DNA of 64,000 nucleotides from the human T2T-CHM13v2.0 reference genome, Homo sapiens. The notes under the pieces were generated by a model. The model saw only the letters and a list, made by a program, of their open reading frames with translations, had not been told where the DNA came from and searched no databases. The position numbers and the translations under genes were made by a program. Positions 1-15,701 of this stretch are shown piece after piece. Every line of letters starts with the position of its first letter. The stretch's first letter is position 1. The DNA lies in the NCBI RefSeq assembly GCF_009914755.1, contig NC_060937.1, one strand, 5' to 3'.

Positions 1-3000
1 ATATATTATATACGGTACATAAAATATCAAATTCCCCAAAATATGCATTATTTACTGTACATAAAATATGAAAGTAACCAAACATTTATAATAAACTGTA
101 CATAAATTATCAAAGTACTCAATCTACATATTATATACAGTATATAAAATATCAAAGTACACAAACTGTATATTATATACTGTACATAATATATCAAAGT
201 ACCCAGAATATATAGCATACTGTACATAAAATATCAAAGTACCCAGAACGTATATTGTATACTGTACATAAAATATGAAGGTACATCAAAGATATATTAT
301 ATTCTGTACATAAAATATCAAACTACACCAAATATATATTATATGCTGTACATAATATATTTAAGTTGCCCATATATACATTATATTCTGTACATAAAAT
401 ATGAACGTACATCAAATATATAGTATATGCTGCACATAAAATATCAAAGTATCCAAAGTATGTATTATATACTGTACATAAAATATCAAAGTACCAAAAG
501 TATATATTACATACTCTAAATAAAATATGAAGGTACCTCAAATATATATTATATTCTATACATAAAATATCAAAGTACACCAAGTATATACTATATATTC
601 TGCATAAAATATTAAATTACCCGAAATATGTATTGTATTGTGTACATAAAATATGAAAGTAACCAAACATTTATAATAAACTGTACATAAAATATCAAAG
701 TACTCAAACTGTATATTATATACTGTACATAAAGTATCAAAGTACCCAAACTGTGTAGTATATACTGTACATAAAATATCAAGGTACCCAAAATATATAT
801 TGTAAACTGTAGATAAAATATCAAAGTACCCAAAATATATATTATATACTGTACATGAAATATGAAGGCACATCCAATATATATTATACTCTGTACATAA
901 AATATCAAAGTACACCAAATGTATATTATATACTGTACATAAAATATCAAAGTACCCAAAGTGTATATTATATACTGTACATAAAATATGAAGGTTCATC
1001 AAATATATTTTATATTCTGCACATAATATATCAAAGTACAGCAAATACATATTATATACTGTACATAAAATATCAAAGTACCCAAAATATGTATTATATA
1101 CTGTACATAAAATATGAAAGTAACCAAACATTTATAATACACTGTACATAAAGTATCAAAGTACTCAAACTACATATTATATACAGCATATAAAATGTCA
1201 AAGTACCCATACTGTATATTATATACTGTACATAATATATCAAAGTACCCGAATATATAGCATACTGTACATAAAATATCAAAGTACCCAAAGTGTGTAT
1301 TATACACTGCACATAAAATATGAAGGTACATAAAATATATATTGTATTCTGTACATAAAATATCAAAGTACTCCAAATATATATTATATGCTGTACATAA
1401 TATATTAAAGTCGCCCAAATATATATTATATACTGTACATAAAATATGAAGGTACGTCAAATATATAGTATATGCTGCACATAAAATATCAAAGTACCCA
1501 AAGTATGTATTATATACTGTACATAAAATATCAAAGTACCCAAAGTATATATTATATACTGTACATAAAATATAAAATACCCCAAATATATATTATGTGC
1601 TGTACATAAAATATGAAAGTACACAAAATATGTATTATGTACTGTACATAAAATATCAAAGGACCCAAAATATATATTATATACTGTACATAAAATATAA
1701 AAATACCCAAAATATATATTATATACTGTACATAAATTACCAAAGTACCCAAAGTATATATTATGTACCGTACAAAAAATATCAAAGTAGCCAAAATATG
1801 TATTATACACTGTACTTAATATATGAAAGTACCCAAACATTTATAATAAACTTTACATAAAATATCAATGTACTCAAACTATATATTATGTGCGGTACAT
1901 AAGATATCAAAGTACCCATGCTATATAGTATATACTGTACTTAAAATATCAAAATACCCAAAATATATATTATATACGTTACATAAACTATCAAATACAC
2001 AAAGTATGTATTATATACTGTACATAAAATAGCAAAGTTCCCAAAATATGTATTATATACTGTACATAAAATATGAAAGTACCCAACCATTTATAATAAA
2101 GTCTACATAAAATACCAAAGTACCCAAACTGTGTATTATATACTGTCCATAAAATATCAAAGTACCCAAAATATATATCGTAAACTCTACATAAAATATC
2201 AAAGTAGCCAAAATACATATTGTATACTGTACATAAAATATAAAAGTACCCCAAATATATATTATATACTGTACATAAAATATCAAAGTACCCATAATAC
2301 ATATTATATACTGTACATAAAATATCAAAGGACCCAAAATAAACATTATATACTGTACATAAAATATCCAAATACTCAAAATATATATTACATACTGTAC
2401 ATAAAATATCAAAGTACCCAAATTATGCATTATATATTGTACGTAAAATATCAGAGTAACCAAAATATGCATTATATACTGTACATAAAAAATGAAAGTA
2501 ACAAAACATTTATAATAAACTGTACATAAAATATCAAAGTACTCAAACTATATATCATATACTGTACATAAAATATCAAAGTACCCAAACTGTGTATTAT
2601 TATATACTGTATATAAAATATCAAAGTACCTGAAATATATATTGTATACTGTACATAAAATATCAAAGTACCCAAAATATATACTATATACTGTACATAA
2701 AATATGAAGGTACATCAAATATATATTATATCCTGTACATAAAATATCAAAGTACTCCTATTATATATTGTGTACTGTACATAATATATTAAATCGCCCA
2801 AATATATATTGTATACTGTATATAAAATATGAAGGTACTTCAAATATATATTATATGCTGCACATAAAATATCAAAGTACCCAAAGTATGCATTACATAC
2901 TGTACATAAAATATCAAAGTACACAAATTATATATTATATTCTGTACATAAAATATGTAGGTTCATCAAATATATTTTATATTCTGTACATAATATATCA

Positions 3001-3960
3001 AAGTACATCAAATATATATTATATACGGTACATAAAATATCAAAGTACCCAAAATATGTACTATTTACTGTACATAAAATATGAAAGTAACCAAACTTTT
3101 ATAATAAACTGTACATAAAATATCAAAGTACTCAATCTACATATTATATACAGTATATAAAATATCAAAGTACACAAACTGTATATTATATACTGTACAT
3201 AATATATCAAAGTACCTAGAATATGTAGCATACTGTACATACAATATCAAAGTACCCAGAATGTATATTGTATACTGTACATAAAATATGAAGGTACATC
3301 AAAGATATATTATATTCTGTACATAAAATATCAAACTACACCAAATATATATTATATGCTGTACATAATATATTAAAGTTGCCCATGTATACATTTTATA
3401 CTGTACATAAAATATGAAGGTACATCAAATATATAGTATATGCTGCACATAAAATATCAAAGTACCCAAAGTATGTATTATATACTGTACATAAAATATC
3501 AAAGTACCAAAAGTATATATTACCTACTGAAAATAAAATATGAAGATACCTCAAATATATATTATATTCTGTACATGAAATATCAAAGTACACCAAGTAT
3601 ATACTATATACTCTACATAAAATATTAAATTACCCAAAATATGTATTGTATTGTGTACATAAAATATGAAAGTAACCAAACATTTATAATAAACTGTACA
3701 TAAAATATCAAAGTACTCAAACTTTATATTATATACTGTACATAAAGTATCAAAGTACCCAAACTGTGTAGTATATACTGTACATAAAATATCAAGGTAC
3801 CCAAAATGTATATTGTAAACTGTAGATAAAATATCAAAGTACCCAAAATATATATTATATACTGTACATAAAATATGAAGGCACATCCAATATATATTAT
3901 ATTCTGTACATAAAATATCAAAGTACAAAAAATGTATATTATATACTGTACATAAAATAT

Positions 3961-4254
3961 AAAACTACCCCAAATATATCTTATATACTCTACATAAAAT
4001 ATCAAAGTACCCAAAATATATATTATATACTGTACATAATATATCAAAGTACCCATAGTATGTATTATATCCTGTACATAAAATATGAAAGTACGTCAAA
4101 TATATATTCTATTCTGCACATAAAATATCATATTGCACCAAATATGTATTGTATACTGTATATAAAATATGAAGGTACTTCAAATATATATTATATGCTG
4201 CACATAAAATATCAAAGTACCCAAAGTATGCATTATATACTGTACATAAAATAT
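3961..4254. repeat. 294-bp (7-monomer) cassette defining the 3307-bp HOR variant, copy 1
   Basis: Starts AAAACTACCCCAAATATATCTTATATACTCTAC and contains ATATCATATTGCACCA. It is absent from 3013-bp units. Landmark spacing 1840 to 5147 = 3307 = 3013+294. Confidence 0.88.
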
Positions 4255-7200
4255 CAAAGTACCCAAAGTGTATATTATATACTGTACATAAAATATGAAG
4301 GTTCATCAAATATATTTTATATTCTGCACATAATATATCAAAGTACAGCAAATATATATTATATACTGTACATAAAATAACAAAGTACCAAAAATATGTA
4401 TTATATACTGTACATAAAATATGAAAGTAACCAAATATTTATAATAAACTGTATATAAAATATCAAAGTACTCAAACTACATATTATATACAGTATATAA
4501 AATATCAAAGTACCCAAACTGTATATTATATACTGTACATACTATATTAAAGTACCCGAATATATAGCATACTGTACATAAAATATCAAATTACCCAAAA
4601 TATATATTGTATACTGTACATAAAATATGAAGGTACATCAAAGATATATTATATTCTGTACATAAAATATCAAAGTACACCAAATATATATTATATGCTG
4701 TACATAATATATTAAAGTCGACCAAATATATATTATATACTGTACATAAAATATGAAGATACATCAAATATATATTATATGCTGCACATAAAATATCAAA
4801 GTACCCAAAGTATGTATTATATACTGTACATAAAATATCAAAGTACCAAAAGTATATATTATATACTGTACATAAAATATAAAATACCCCAAATATATAT
4901 TATATGCTATACATAAAATATCAAAGTACACAAAATATGTATTATGTACTGTACATAAAATATCAAAGGATCCAATATATATATTATGTAGTGTACATAA
5001 AATATCAAAATACCCAAAATATATATTATATACTGTACATAAAATACCAAAGTACCCAAAGTATATATTATATACCGTACAAAAAATATCAAAGTAGCCA
5101 AAATATGTATTATACACTGTACATAATATATGAAAGTACCCAAACATTTATAATAAACTGTACATAAAATATCAATGTACTCAAACTATATATTATGTGC
5201 GGTACATAAGATATCAAAGTACCCATACTATATAGTATATACTGTACTTAAAATATCAAAATACCCAAAATATATATTATATACGTTATATAAACTATCA
5301 AATACACAAAGTATGTATTATATACTCTACATAAAATAGCAAAGTTCCCAAAATATGTATTATATACTGTACATAAAATATGAAAGTACCCAACCATTTA
5401 TAATAAAGTCTACATAAAATACCAAAGTACCCAAACTGTGTATTATATACTGTCCATAAAATATCAAAGGACCCAAAATATATATCGTAAACTCTACATA
5501 AAATATCAAAGTAGCCAAAATACATATTGTATACTGTACATAAAATATAAAAGTACCCCAAATATGTATTATATACTGTACATAAAATATCAAAGTACCG
5601 ATAATACATATTATATACTGTACATAAAATATCAGAGGACCCAAAATAAACATTATATACTGTACATAAAATATCCAAATACTCACAATATATATTACAT
5701 ACTGTACATAAAATATCAAAGTACCCAAATTATGTATTATATATTGTACGTAAAATATCAGAGTACCCAAAATATGCATTATATACTGTACATAAAATAT
5801 GAAAGTAACAATACATTTATAATAAACTGTACATAAAATATCAAAGTACTCAAACTATATATCATTTACTGTACATAAAATATCAAAGTACCCGAACTGT
5901 GTATTATTATATACTGTATATAAAATATCAAAGTACCTGAAATATATATTGTATACTGTACATAAAATATCAAAGTACCCAAAATATATACTATATACTG
6001 TACATAAAATATGAAGGTACATCAAATATATATTATATCCTGTACATAAAATATCAAAGTACACCTATTATATATTGTGTACTGTACATAATATATTAAA
6101 TCGCCCAAATATATATTGTATACTGTATATAAAATATGAAGGTACTTCAAATATATATTATATGCTGCACATAAAATATCAAAGTACCCAAAGTATGCAT
6201 TACATACTCTACATAAAATATCAAAGTACACATATTATATATTATATAATGTACATAAAATATGAAGGTTCATCAAATATATATTATATTCTGTACATAA
6301 TATATCAAAGTACATCAAATATATATTATATACGGTACATAAAATATCAAAGTACCAAAAATATGTATTATATACTGTACATAAAACATGAAAGTAACCA
6401 AACATTTATAATAAACTGTACATTAAATATCAAAGTACTCAATGTACATATTATATACAGTATATAAAATATCAAAGTACACAAACTGTATATTATATAC
6501 TGTACATAATATATCAAAGTACCCAGAATATATAGCATACTGTACATAAAATATCAAAGTACCCAAAATATATATTGTATACTGTACATAAAATATGAAG
6601 GTACATCAAAGATATATTATATTCTGTACATAAAATATCAAACTACACCAAATATATATTATATGCTGTACATAATATATTAAAGTTGCCCATATATGCA
6701 TTATATACTGTACATAAAATATGAACGTACATCAAATATATAGTATATGCTGCACATAAAATATCAAAGTACCCAAAGTATGTATTATACACTGTACATA
6801 AAATATCAAAGTACCAAAAGTATATATTACATACTGTAAATAAAATATGAAGGTACGTCAAATATATATTCTATTCTATACATAAAATATCAAAGTACAC
6901 CAAGTATATACTATATATTCTGCATAAAATATTAAATTACCCGAAATATGTATTGTATTGTGTACATAAAATATGAAAGTAACCAAACATTTATAATAAA
7001 CTGTACATAAAATATCAAAGTACTCAAACTGTATATGATATACTGTACATAAAGTATCAAAGTACCCAAACTGTGTAGTATATACTGTACATAAAATATC
7101 AAGGTACCCAAAATATATATTGTAAACTGTAGATAAAATATCAAAGTACCCAAAATATATATTATATACTGTACATGAAATATGAAGGCACATCCAATAT

Positions 7201-9631
7201 ATATTATACTCTGTACATAAAATATCAAAGTACACCAAATGTATATTCTATACTGTACATAAAATATCAAAGTACCCAAAGTGTATATTATATACTGTAC
7301 ATAAAATATGAAGGTTCATCAAATATATTTTATATTCTGCACATAATATATCAAAGTACAGCAAAATATCCAAATACCCAAAATATATATTATATACTGT
7401 ACATAAAATACCAAAGTACCCTAAGTATATATTATATACTGTATAAAAAATATCAAAGTAGCCAAAATATGTATTATACACTGTACATAATATATGAAAG
7501 TACCCAAACATTTATAATAAACTGTACATAAAATATCAATGTACTCAAACTATATATTATGTGCGGTACATAAGATATCAAAGTACCCATACTATATAGT
7601 ATATACTGTACTTAAAATATCAAAATACCCAAAATATATATTATATACGTTACATAAACTATCAAATACACAAAGTATGTATTATATACTGCACATAAAA
7701 GAGCAAAGTTCCCAAAATATGTATTATATACTGTACATAAAATATGAAAGTACCCAACCATTTATAATAAAGTCTACATAAAATACCAAAGTACCCAAAC
7801 TGTGTATTATATACTGTCCATAAAATATCAAAGTACCCAAAATATATATTGTAAACTCTACATAAAATATCAAAGTAGCCAAAATACATATTGTATACTG
7901 TACATAAAATATAAAAGTACCCCAAATATATATTATATACTGTACATAAAATATCAAAGTACCCATAATACATATTATACACTGTACATAAAATATCAAA
8001 GGACCCAAAATAAACATTATATACTGTACATAAACTATTCAAATACTCAAAATATATATTACATACTGTACATAAAATATCAAAGTACCCAAATTATGTA
8101 TTATATACTGTATGTAAAATATCAGAGTACCCAAAATATGCATTATATACTGTACATAAAATATGAAAGTAACAAAACATTTATAATAAACTGTACATAA
8201 AATATCAAAGTACTCAAACTATATATCATATACTGTACATAAAATATCAAAGTACCCAAACTGTGTATTATTACATACTGTATATAAAATATCAAAGTAC
8301 CTGAAATATATATTGTATACTGTACATAAAATATCAAAGTACCCAAAATATATACTATATACTGTACATAAAATATGAAGGTACATCAAATATATATTAT
8401 ATCCTGTACATAAAATATCAAAGTACACCTATTATATATTGTGTACTGCACATAATATATTAAATCGCCTAAATATATATTGTATACTGTATATAAAATA
8501 TGAAGGTACTTCAAATATATATTATATGCTGCACATAAAATATCAAAGTACCCAAAGTATGCATTACATACTGTACATAAAATATCAAATTACACAAATT
8601 ATATATTATATTCTGTACATAAAATATGTAGGTTCTTCAAATATATTTTATATTCTGTACATAATATATCAAAGTACATCAAATATATATTATATACGGT
8701 ACATAAAATATCAAAGTACCCAAAATATGTATTAATTTCTGTGCATAAAATATGAAAGTAACCAAACATTTATAATAAACTGTACATAAAATATCAAAGT
8801 ACTCAATCTACATATTATATACAGTATATAAAATATCAAAGTACACAAACTGTATATTATATACTGTACATAATATATCAAAGTACCCAGAATATATAGC
8901 ATACTGTACATACAATATCAAAGTACCCAGAATGTATATTGTATTCTGTACATAAAATATGAATGTACATCAAAGATATATTATATTCTGTACATAAAAT
9001 ATCAAAGTACACCAAATATATATTATATGCTGTACATAATATATTAAAGTTGCCCATGCATACATTTTATACTGTACATAAAATATGAAGGTACATCAAA
9101 TATATAGTATATGCTGCACATAAAATATCAAAGTACCCAAAGTATGTATTATATACTGTACATAAAATATCAAAGTACCAAAAGTGTATATTACCTACTG
9201 TAAATAAAATATGAAGATACCTCAAATATATATTATATTCTGTACATGAAATATCAAAGTACACCAAGTATATACTATATAGTCTACATAAAATATTAAA
9301 TTACCCAAAATATGTATTGTATTGTGTACATAAAATATGAAAGTAACCAAACATTTATAATAAACTGTACATAAAATATCAAAGTACTCAAACCTTATAT
9401 TATATACTGTACATAAAGTATCAAAGTACCCAAACTGTGTAGTATATACTGTACATAAAATATCAAGGTACCCAAAATGTATATTGTAAACTGTAGATAA
9501 AATATCAAAGTACCCAAAATATATATTATATGCTGTACATAAAATATGAAGGCTCATCCAATATATATTATATTCTGTGCATAAAATATCAAAGTACACC
9601 AAATGTATATTATATACTGTACATAAAATAT

Positions 9632-9925
9632 AAAACTACCCCAAATATATCTTATATACTCTACATAAAATATCAAAGTACCCAAAATATATATTATATA
9701 CTGTACATAAAATATCAAAGTACCCATAGTATGTATTATATCCTGTACATAAAATATGAAGGTACGTCAAATATATATTCTATTCTGCACATAAACTATC
9801 ATATTGCACCAAATATAGATTGTATACTGTATATAAAATATGAAGGTACTTCAAATATATATTATATGCTGCACATAAAATATCAAAGTACCCAAAGTAT
9901 GCATTATATACTGTACATAAAATAT
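9632..9925. repeat. 294-bp cassette, copy 2
   Basis: Same diagnostic monomers (AAAACTACCCC..., TCATATTGCACC). Confidence 0.85.
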
Positions 9926-12900
9926 CAAAGTACCCAAAGTGTATATTATATACTGTACATAAAATATGAAGGTTCATCAAATATATTTTATATTCTGCAC
10001 ATAATATATCAAAGTACAGCAAATATATATTATATACTGTACATAAAATATCAAAGTACCCAAAATATGTATTATATACTGTACATAAAATATGAAAGTA
10101 ACCAAACATTTATAATAAACTGTACATAAAATATCAAAGTACTCAAACTACATATTATATACAGTATATAAAATGTCAAAGTACCCAACCTGTATATTAT
10201 ATACTGTACATAATATATCAAAGTACCCGAATATATAGCATACTGTACATAAAATATCAAAGTACCCAAAATATATATTGTATACTGTACATAAAATATG
10301 AAGGTACATCAAAGATATATTATATTCTGTACATAAAATATCAAAGTACACCAAATATATATTATATGCTGTACAGAATATATTAAAGTCGACCAAATAT
10401 ATATTATATACTGTACATAAAATATGAAGGTACATCAAATATATATTATATGCTGCACATAAAATATCAAAGTACCCAAAGTATGTATTATATACTGTAC
10501 ATAAAATATCAAAGTACCCAAAGTATATATTATATACTGTACATAAAATATAAAATACCCCAAATATATATTATATCCTGTACATAAAATATCAAAGTAC
10601 CCAAAATATATATTGTAAACTGTACATAAAATATCAAAGTAGCCAAAATATATATTGTATACTGTACATAAAATATAAAAGTACCCCAAATATGTATTAT
10701 ATACTGTACATAAAATATCAAAGTACCGATAATACATATTATATACTGTACATAAAATATCAAAGGACCCAAAATAAACATTATATACTATACATAAAAT
10801 ATCCAAATACTCAAAATATATATTACATACTGTACATAAAATATCAAAGTACCCAAATTATGTATTATATACTGTACGTAAAATATCAGAGTACCCAAAA
10901 TATGCATTATATACTGTACATAAAATATGAAAGTAACAAAACATTTATAATAAACTGTACATAAAATATCAAAGTACTCAAACTATATATCATATACTGT
11001 ACATAAAATATCAAAGTACCCAAACTGTGTATTATTATATACTGTATATAAAATATCAAAGTACCTGAAATATATATTGTATACTGTACATAAAATATCA
11101 AAGTACCCAAAATATATACTATATACTGTACATAAAATATGAAGGTACATAAATATATATTATATCCTGTACATAAAATATCAAAGTACACCTATTATAT
11201 ATTGTGTACTGTACATAATATATTAAATCGCCCAAATATATATTGTATACTGTATATAAAATATGAAGGTACTTCAAATATATATTATATGCTGCACATA
11301 AAATATCAAAGTACCCAAGGTATGCATTACATACTGTACATAAAATATCAAAGTACACATATTATATATTATATAATATACATAAAATATGAAGGTTCAT
11401 CAAATATATATTATATTCTGTACATAATATATCAAAGTACATCAAATATATATTATATACTGTACATAAAATATCAAAGTACCAAAAATATGTATTATAT
11501 ACTGTACATAAAATATGAAAGTAACCAAACATTTATAATATACTGTACATAAAATATCAAAGTACTCAGTCTACATATTATATACAGTATATAAAATATC
11601 AAAGTACACACACTGTATATTATATACTGTACATAATATATCAAAGTACCCAGAATATATAGCATACTGTACATAAAATATCAAAGTACCCGAAATATAT
11701 ATGGTATACTGTACATAAAATATGAAGGTACATCAAAGATATATTATATTCTGTACATAAAATATCAAAGTACACCAAATATATATTATATGCTGTACAT
11801 AATATATTAAAGTTGCCCATGTATACATTTTATACTGTACATAAAATATGAAGGTACATCAAATATATACTATATGCTGCACATAAAATATCAAAGTATC
11901 CAAAGTATGTATTATATACTGTACATAAAATATCAAAGTACCAAAAGTATATATTACCTACTGTAAATAAAATATGAAGGTACCTCAAATATATATTATA
12001 TTCTGTACATGAAATATCAAAGTACACCAAGTATATACTATATACTCTACATAAAATATTAAATTACCCAAAATATGTATTGTATTGTGTACATAAATTA
12101 TGAAAGTAACCAAACATTTATAATAAACTGTACATAAAATATCAAAGTACTCAAACTGTATATTATATACTGTACATAAAGTATCAAAGTACCCAAACTG
12201 TGTAGTATATACTGTACATAAAATATCAAGGTACCCAAAATGTATATTGTAAACTGTAGATAAAATATCAAAATACCCAAACTATATATTATATACTGTA
12301 CATAAAATATGAAGGCACATCAAATATATATTATATTCTGTACATGAAATATCAAAGTACACCAAATGTATATTATATACTGTACATAAAATATCAAAGT
12401 ACCCAAAGTGTATATTATATACTGTACATAAAATATGAAGGTTCATCAAATATATTTTATATTCTGCACATAATATATCAAAGTACAGCGAATATATATT
12501 ATATACTGTACATAAAATATCAAAGTACCCAAAATATGTATTATATACTGTACATAAAATATGAAAGTAACCAAACATTTATAATAAACTGTACATAAAG
12601 TAACAAAGTACTCAAACTACATATTATATACAGTATATAAAATGTCAAAGTACCCAAACTGTATATTATATACTGAACATAATATATCAAAGTACCCGAA
12701 TATATAGCATACTGTACATAAAATATCAAAGTACCCAAAGTGTGTATTATACACTGCACATAAAATATGAAGGTACATAAAATATATATTGTATTCTGTA
12801 CATAAAATATCAAAGTACTCCAAATATATATTATATGCTGTACATAATATATTAAAGTCGCCCAAATATATATTATATACTGTACATAAAATATGAAGGT

Positions 12901-15407
12901 ACATCAAATATATATTATATGCTGCACATAAAATATCAAAGTACCCAAAGTATGTGTTATATACTGTACATAAAATATCAAAGTACCCAAAGTATATATT
13001 ATATACTGTACATAAAATATAAAATACCCCAAATATATATTATATGCTGTACATAAAATATGAAAGTACACAAAATATGTATTATATACTGTACATAAAA
13101 TACCAAAGGACCCAAAATATATATTATATACTGTACATAAAATATCAAAATACCCAAAATATATATTATATACTGTACATAAAATACCAAAGTACCCAAA
13201 GTATATATTATATACCGTACAAAAAATATCAAAGTAGCCAAAATATGTATTATACACTGTACATAATATATGAAAGTACCCAAACATTTATAATAAACTG
13301 TACATAAAATATCAATGTACTCAAACTATATATTATGTGCGCTACATAAGATATCAAAGTACCCATACTATATAGTATATACTGTACTTAAAATATCAAA
13401 ATACCCAAAATATATATTATATACGTTACATAAACTATCAAATACACAAAGTATGTATTATATACTGTACATAAAATAGCAAAGTTCCCAAAATATGTAT
13501 TATATACTGTACATAAAATATGAAAGTACCCAACCATTTATAATAAAGTCTACATAAAATACCAAAGTACCTAAACTGTGTATTATATACTGTCCATAAA
13601 ATATCAAAGGACCCAAAATATATATCGTAAACTCTACATAAAATATCAAAGTAGCCAAAATACATATTGTATACTGTACATAAAATATAAAAGTACCCCA
13701 AATATATATTATATACTGTACATAAAATATCAAAGTACCCATAATACATATTATATACTGTACATAAAATATCAAAGGACCCAAAATAAACATTATATAC
13801 TGTACATAAAATATCCAAATACTCAAAATATATATTACATACTGTACATAAAATATCAAAGTACCCAAATTATGTATTATATACTGTACGTAAAATATCA
13901 GAGTACCCAAAATATGCATTATATACTGTACATAAAATATGAAAGTAACAAAACATTTATAATAAACTGTACATAAAATATCAAAGTACTCAAACTATAT
14001 ATCATATACTGTACATAAAATATCAAAGTACCCAAACTGTGTATTATTACATACTGTATATAAAATATCAAAGTACCTGAAATATATGTTTTATACTGTA
14101 CATAAAATATCAAAGTACCCAAAATATATACTATATACTGTACATAAAATATGAAGGTACATCAAATATATATTATATCCTGTACATAAAATATCAAAGT
14201 ACTCCTATTATATATTGTGTACTGTACATAATATATTAAATCGCCCAAATATATATTGTATACTGTATATAAAATATGAAGGTACTTCAAATATATATTA
14301 TATGCTGCACATAAAATATCAAAGTACCCAAAGTATGCATTACATACTGTACATAAAATATCAAAGTACACAAATTATATATTATATTCTGTACATAAAA
14401 TATGTAGGTTCATCAAATATATTTTATATTCTGTACATAATATATCAAAGTACATCAAATATATATTATATACGGTACATAAAATATCAAAGTACCCAAA
14501 ATATGTACTATTTACTGTACATAAAATATGAAAGTAACCAAACTTTTATAATAAACTGTACATAAAATATCAAAGTACTCAATCTACATATTATATACAG
14601 TATATAAAATATCAAAGTACACAAACTGTATATTATATACTGTACATAATATATCAAAGTACCCAGAATATGTAGCATACTGTACATACAATATCAAAGT
14701 ACCCAGAATGTATATTGTATACTGTACATAAAATATGAAGGTACATCAAAGATATATTATATTCTGTACATAAAATATCAAACTACACCAAATATATATT
14801 ATATGCTGTACATAATATATTAAAGTTGCCCATGTATACATTTTATACTGTACATAAAATATGAAGGTACATCAAATATATAGTATATGCTGCACATAAA
14901 ATATCAAAGTACCCAAAGTATGTATTATATACTGTACATAAAATATCAAAGTACCAAAAGTATATATTACCTACTGTAAATAAAATATGAAGATACCTCA
15001 AATATATATTATATTCTGTACATGAAATATCAAAGTACACCAAGTATATACTATATACTCTACATAAAATATTAAATTACCCAAAATATGTATTGTATTG
15101 TGTACATAAAATATGAAAGTAACCAAACATTTATAATAAACTGTACATAAAATATCAAAGTACTCAAACTTTATATTATATACTGTACATGAAGTATCAA
15201 AGTACCCAAACTGTGTAGTATATACTGTACATAAAATATCAAGGTACCCAAAATGTATATTGTAAACTGTAGATAAAATATCAAAGTACCCAAAATATAT
15301 ATTATATACTGTACATAAAATATGAAGGCACATCCAATATATATTATATTCTGTACATAAAATATCAAAGTACACCAAATGTATATTATATACTATACAT
15401 AAAATAT

Positions 15408-15701
15408 AAAACTACCCCAAATATATCTTATATACTCTACATAAAATATCAAAGTACCCAAAATATATATTATATACTGTACATAATATATCAAAGTACC
15501 CATAGTATGTATTATATCCTGTACATAAAATATGAAAGTACGTCAAATATATATTCTATTCTGCACATAAAATATCATATTGCACCAAATATATATTGTA
15601 TACTGTATATAAAATATGAAGGTACTTCAAATATATATTATATGCTGCACATAAAATATCAAAGTACCCAAAGTATGCATTATATACTGTACATAAAATA
15701 T
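15408..15701. repeat. 294-bp cassette, copy 3
   Basis: Same diagnostic monomers; landmark spacing 13287 to 16594 = 3307. Confidence 0.88.
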
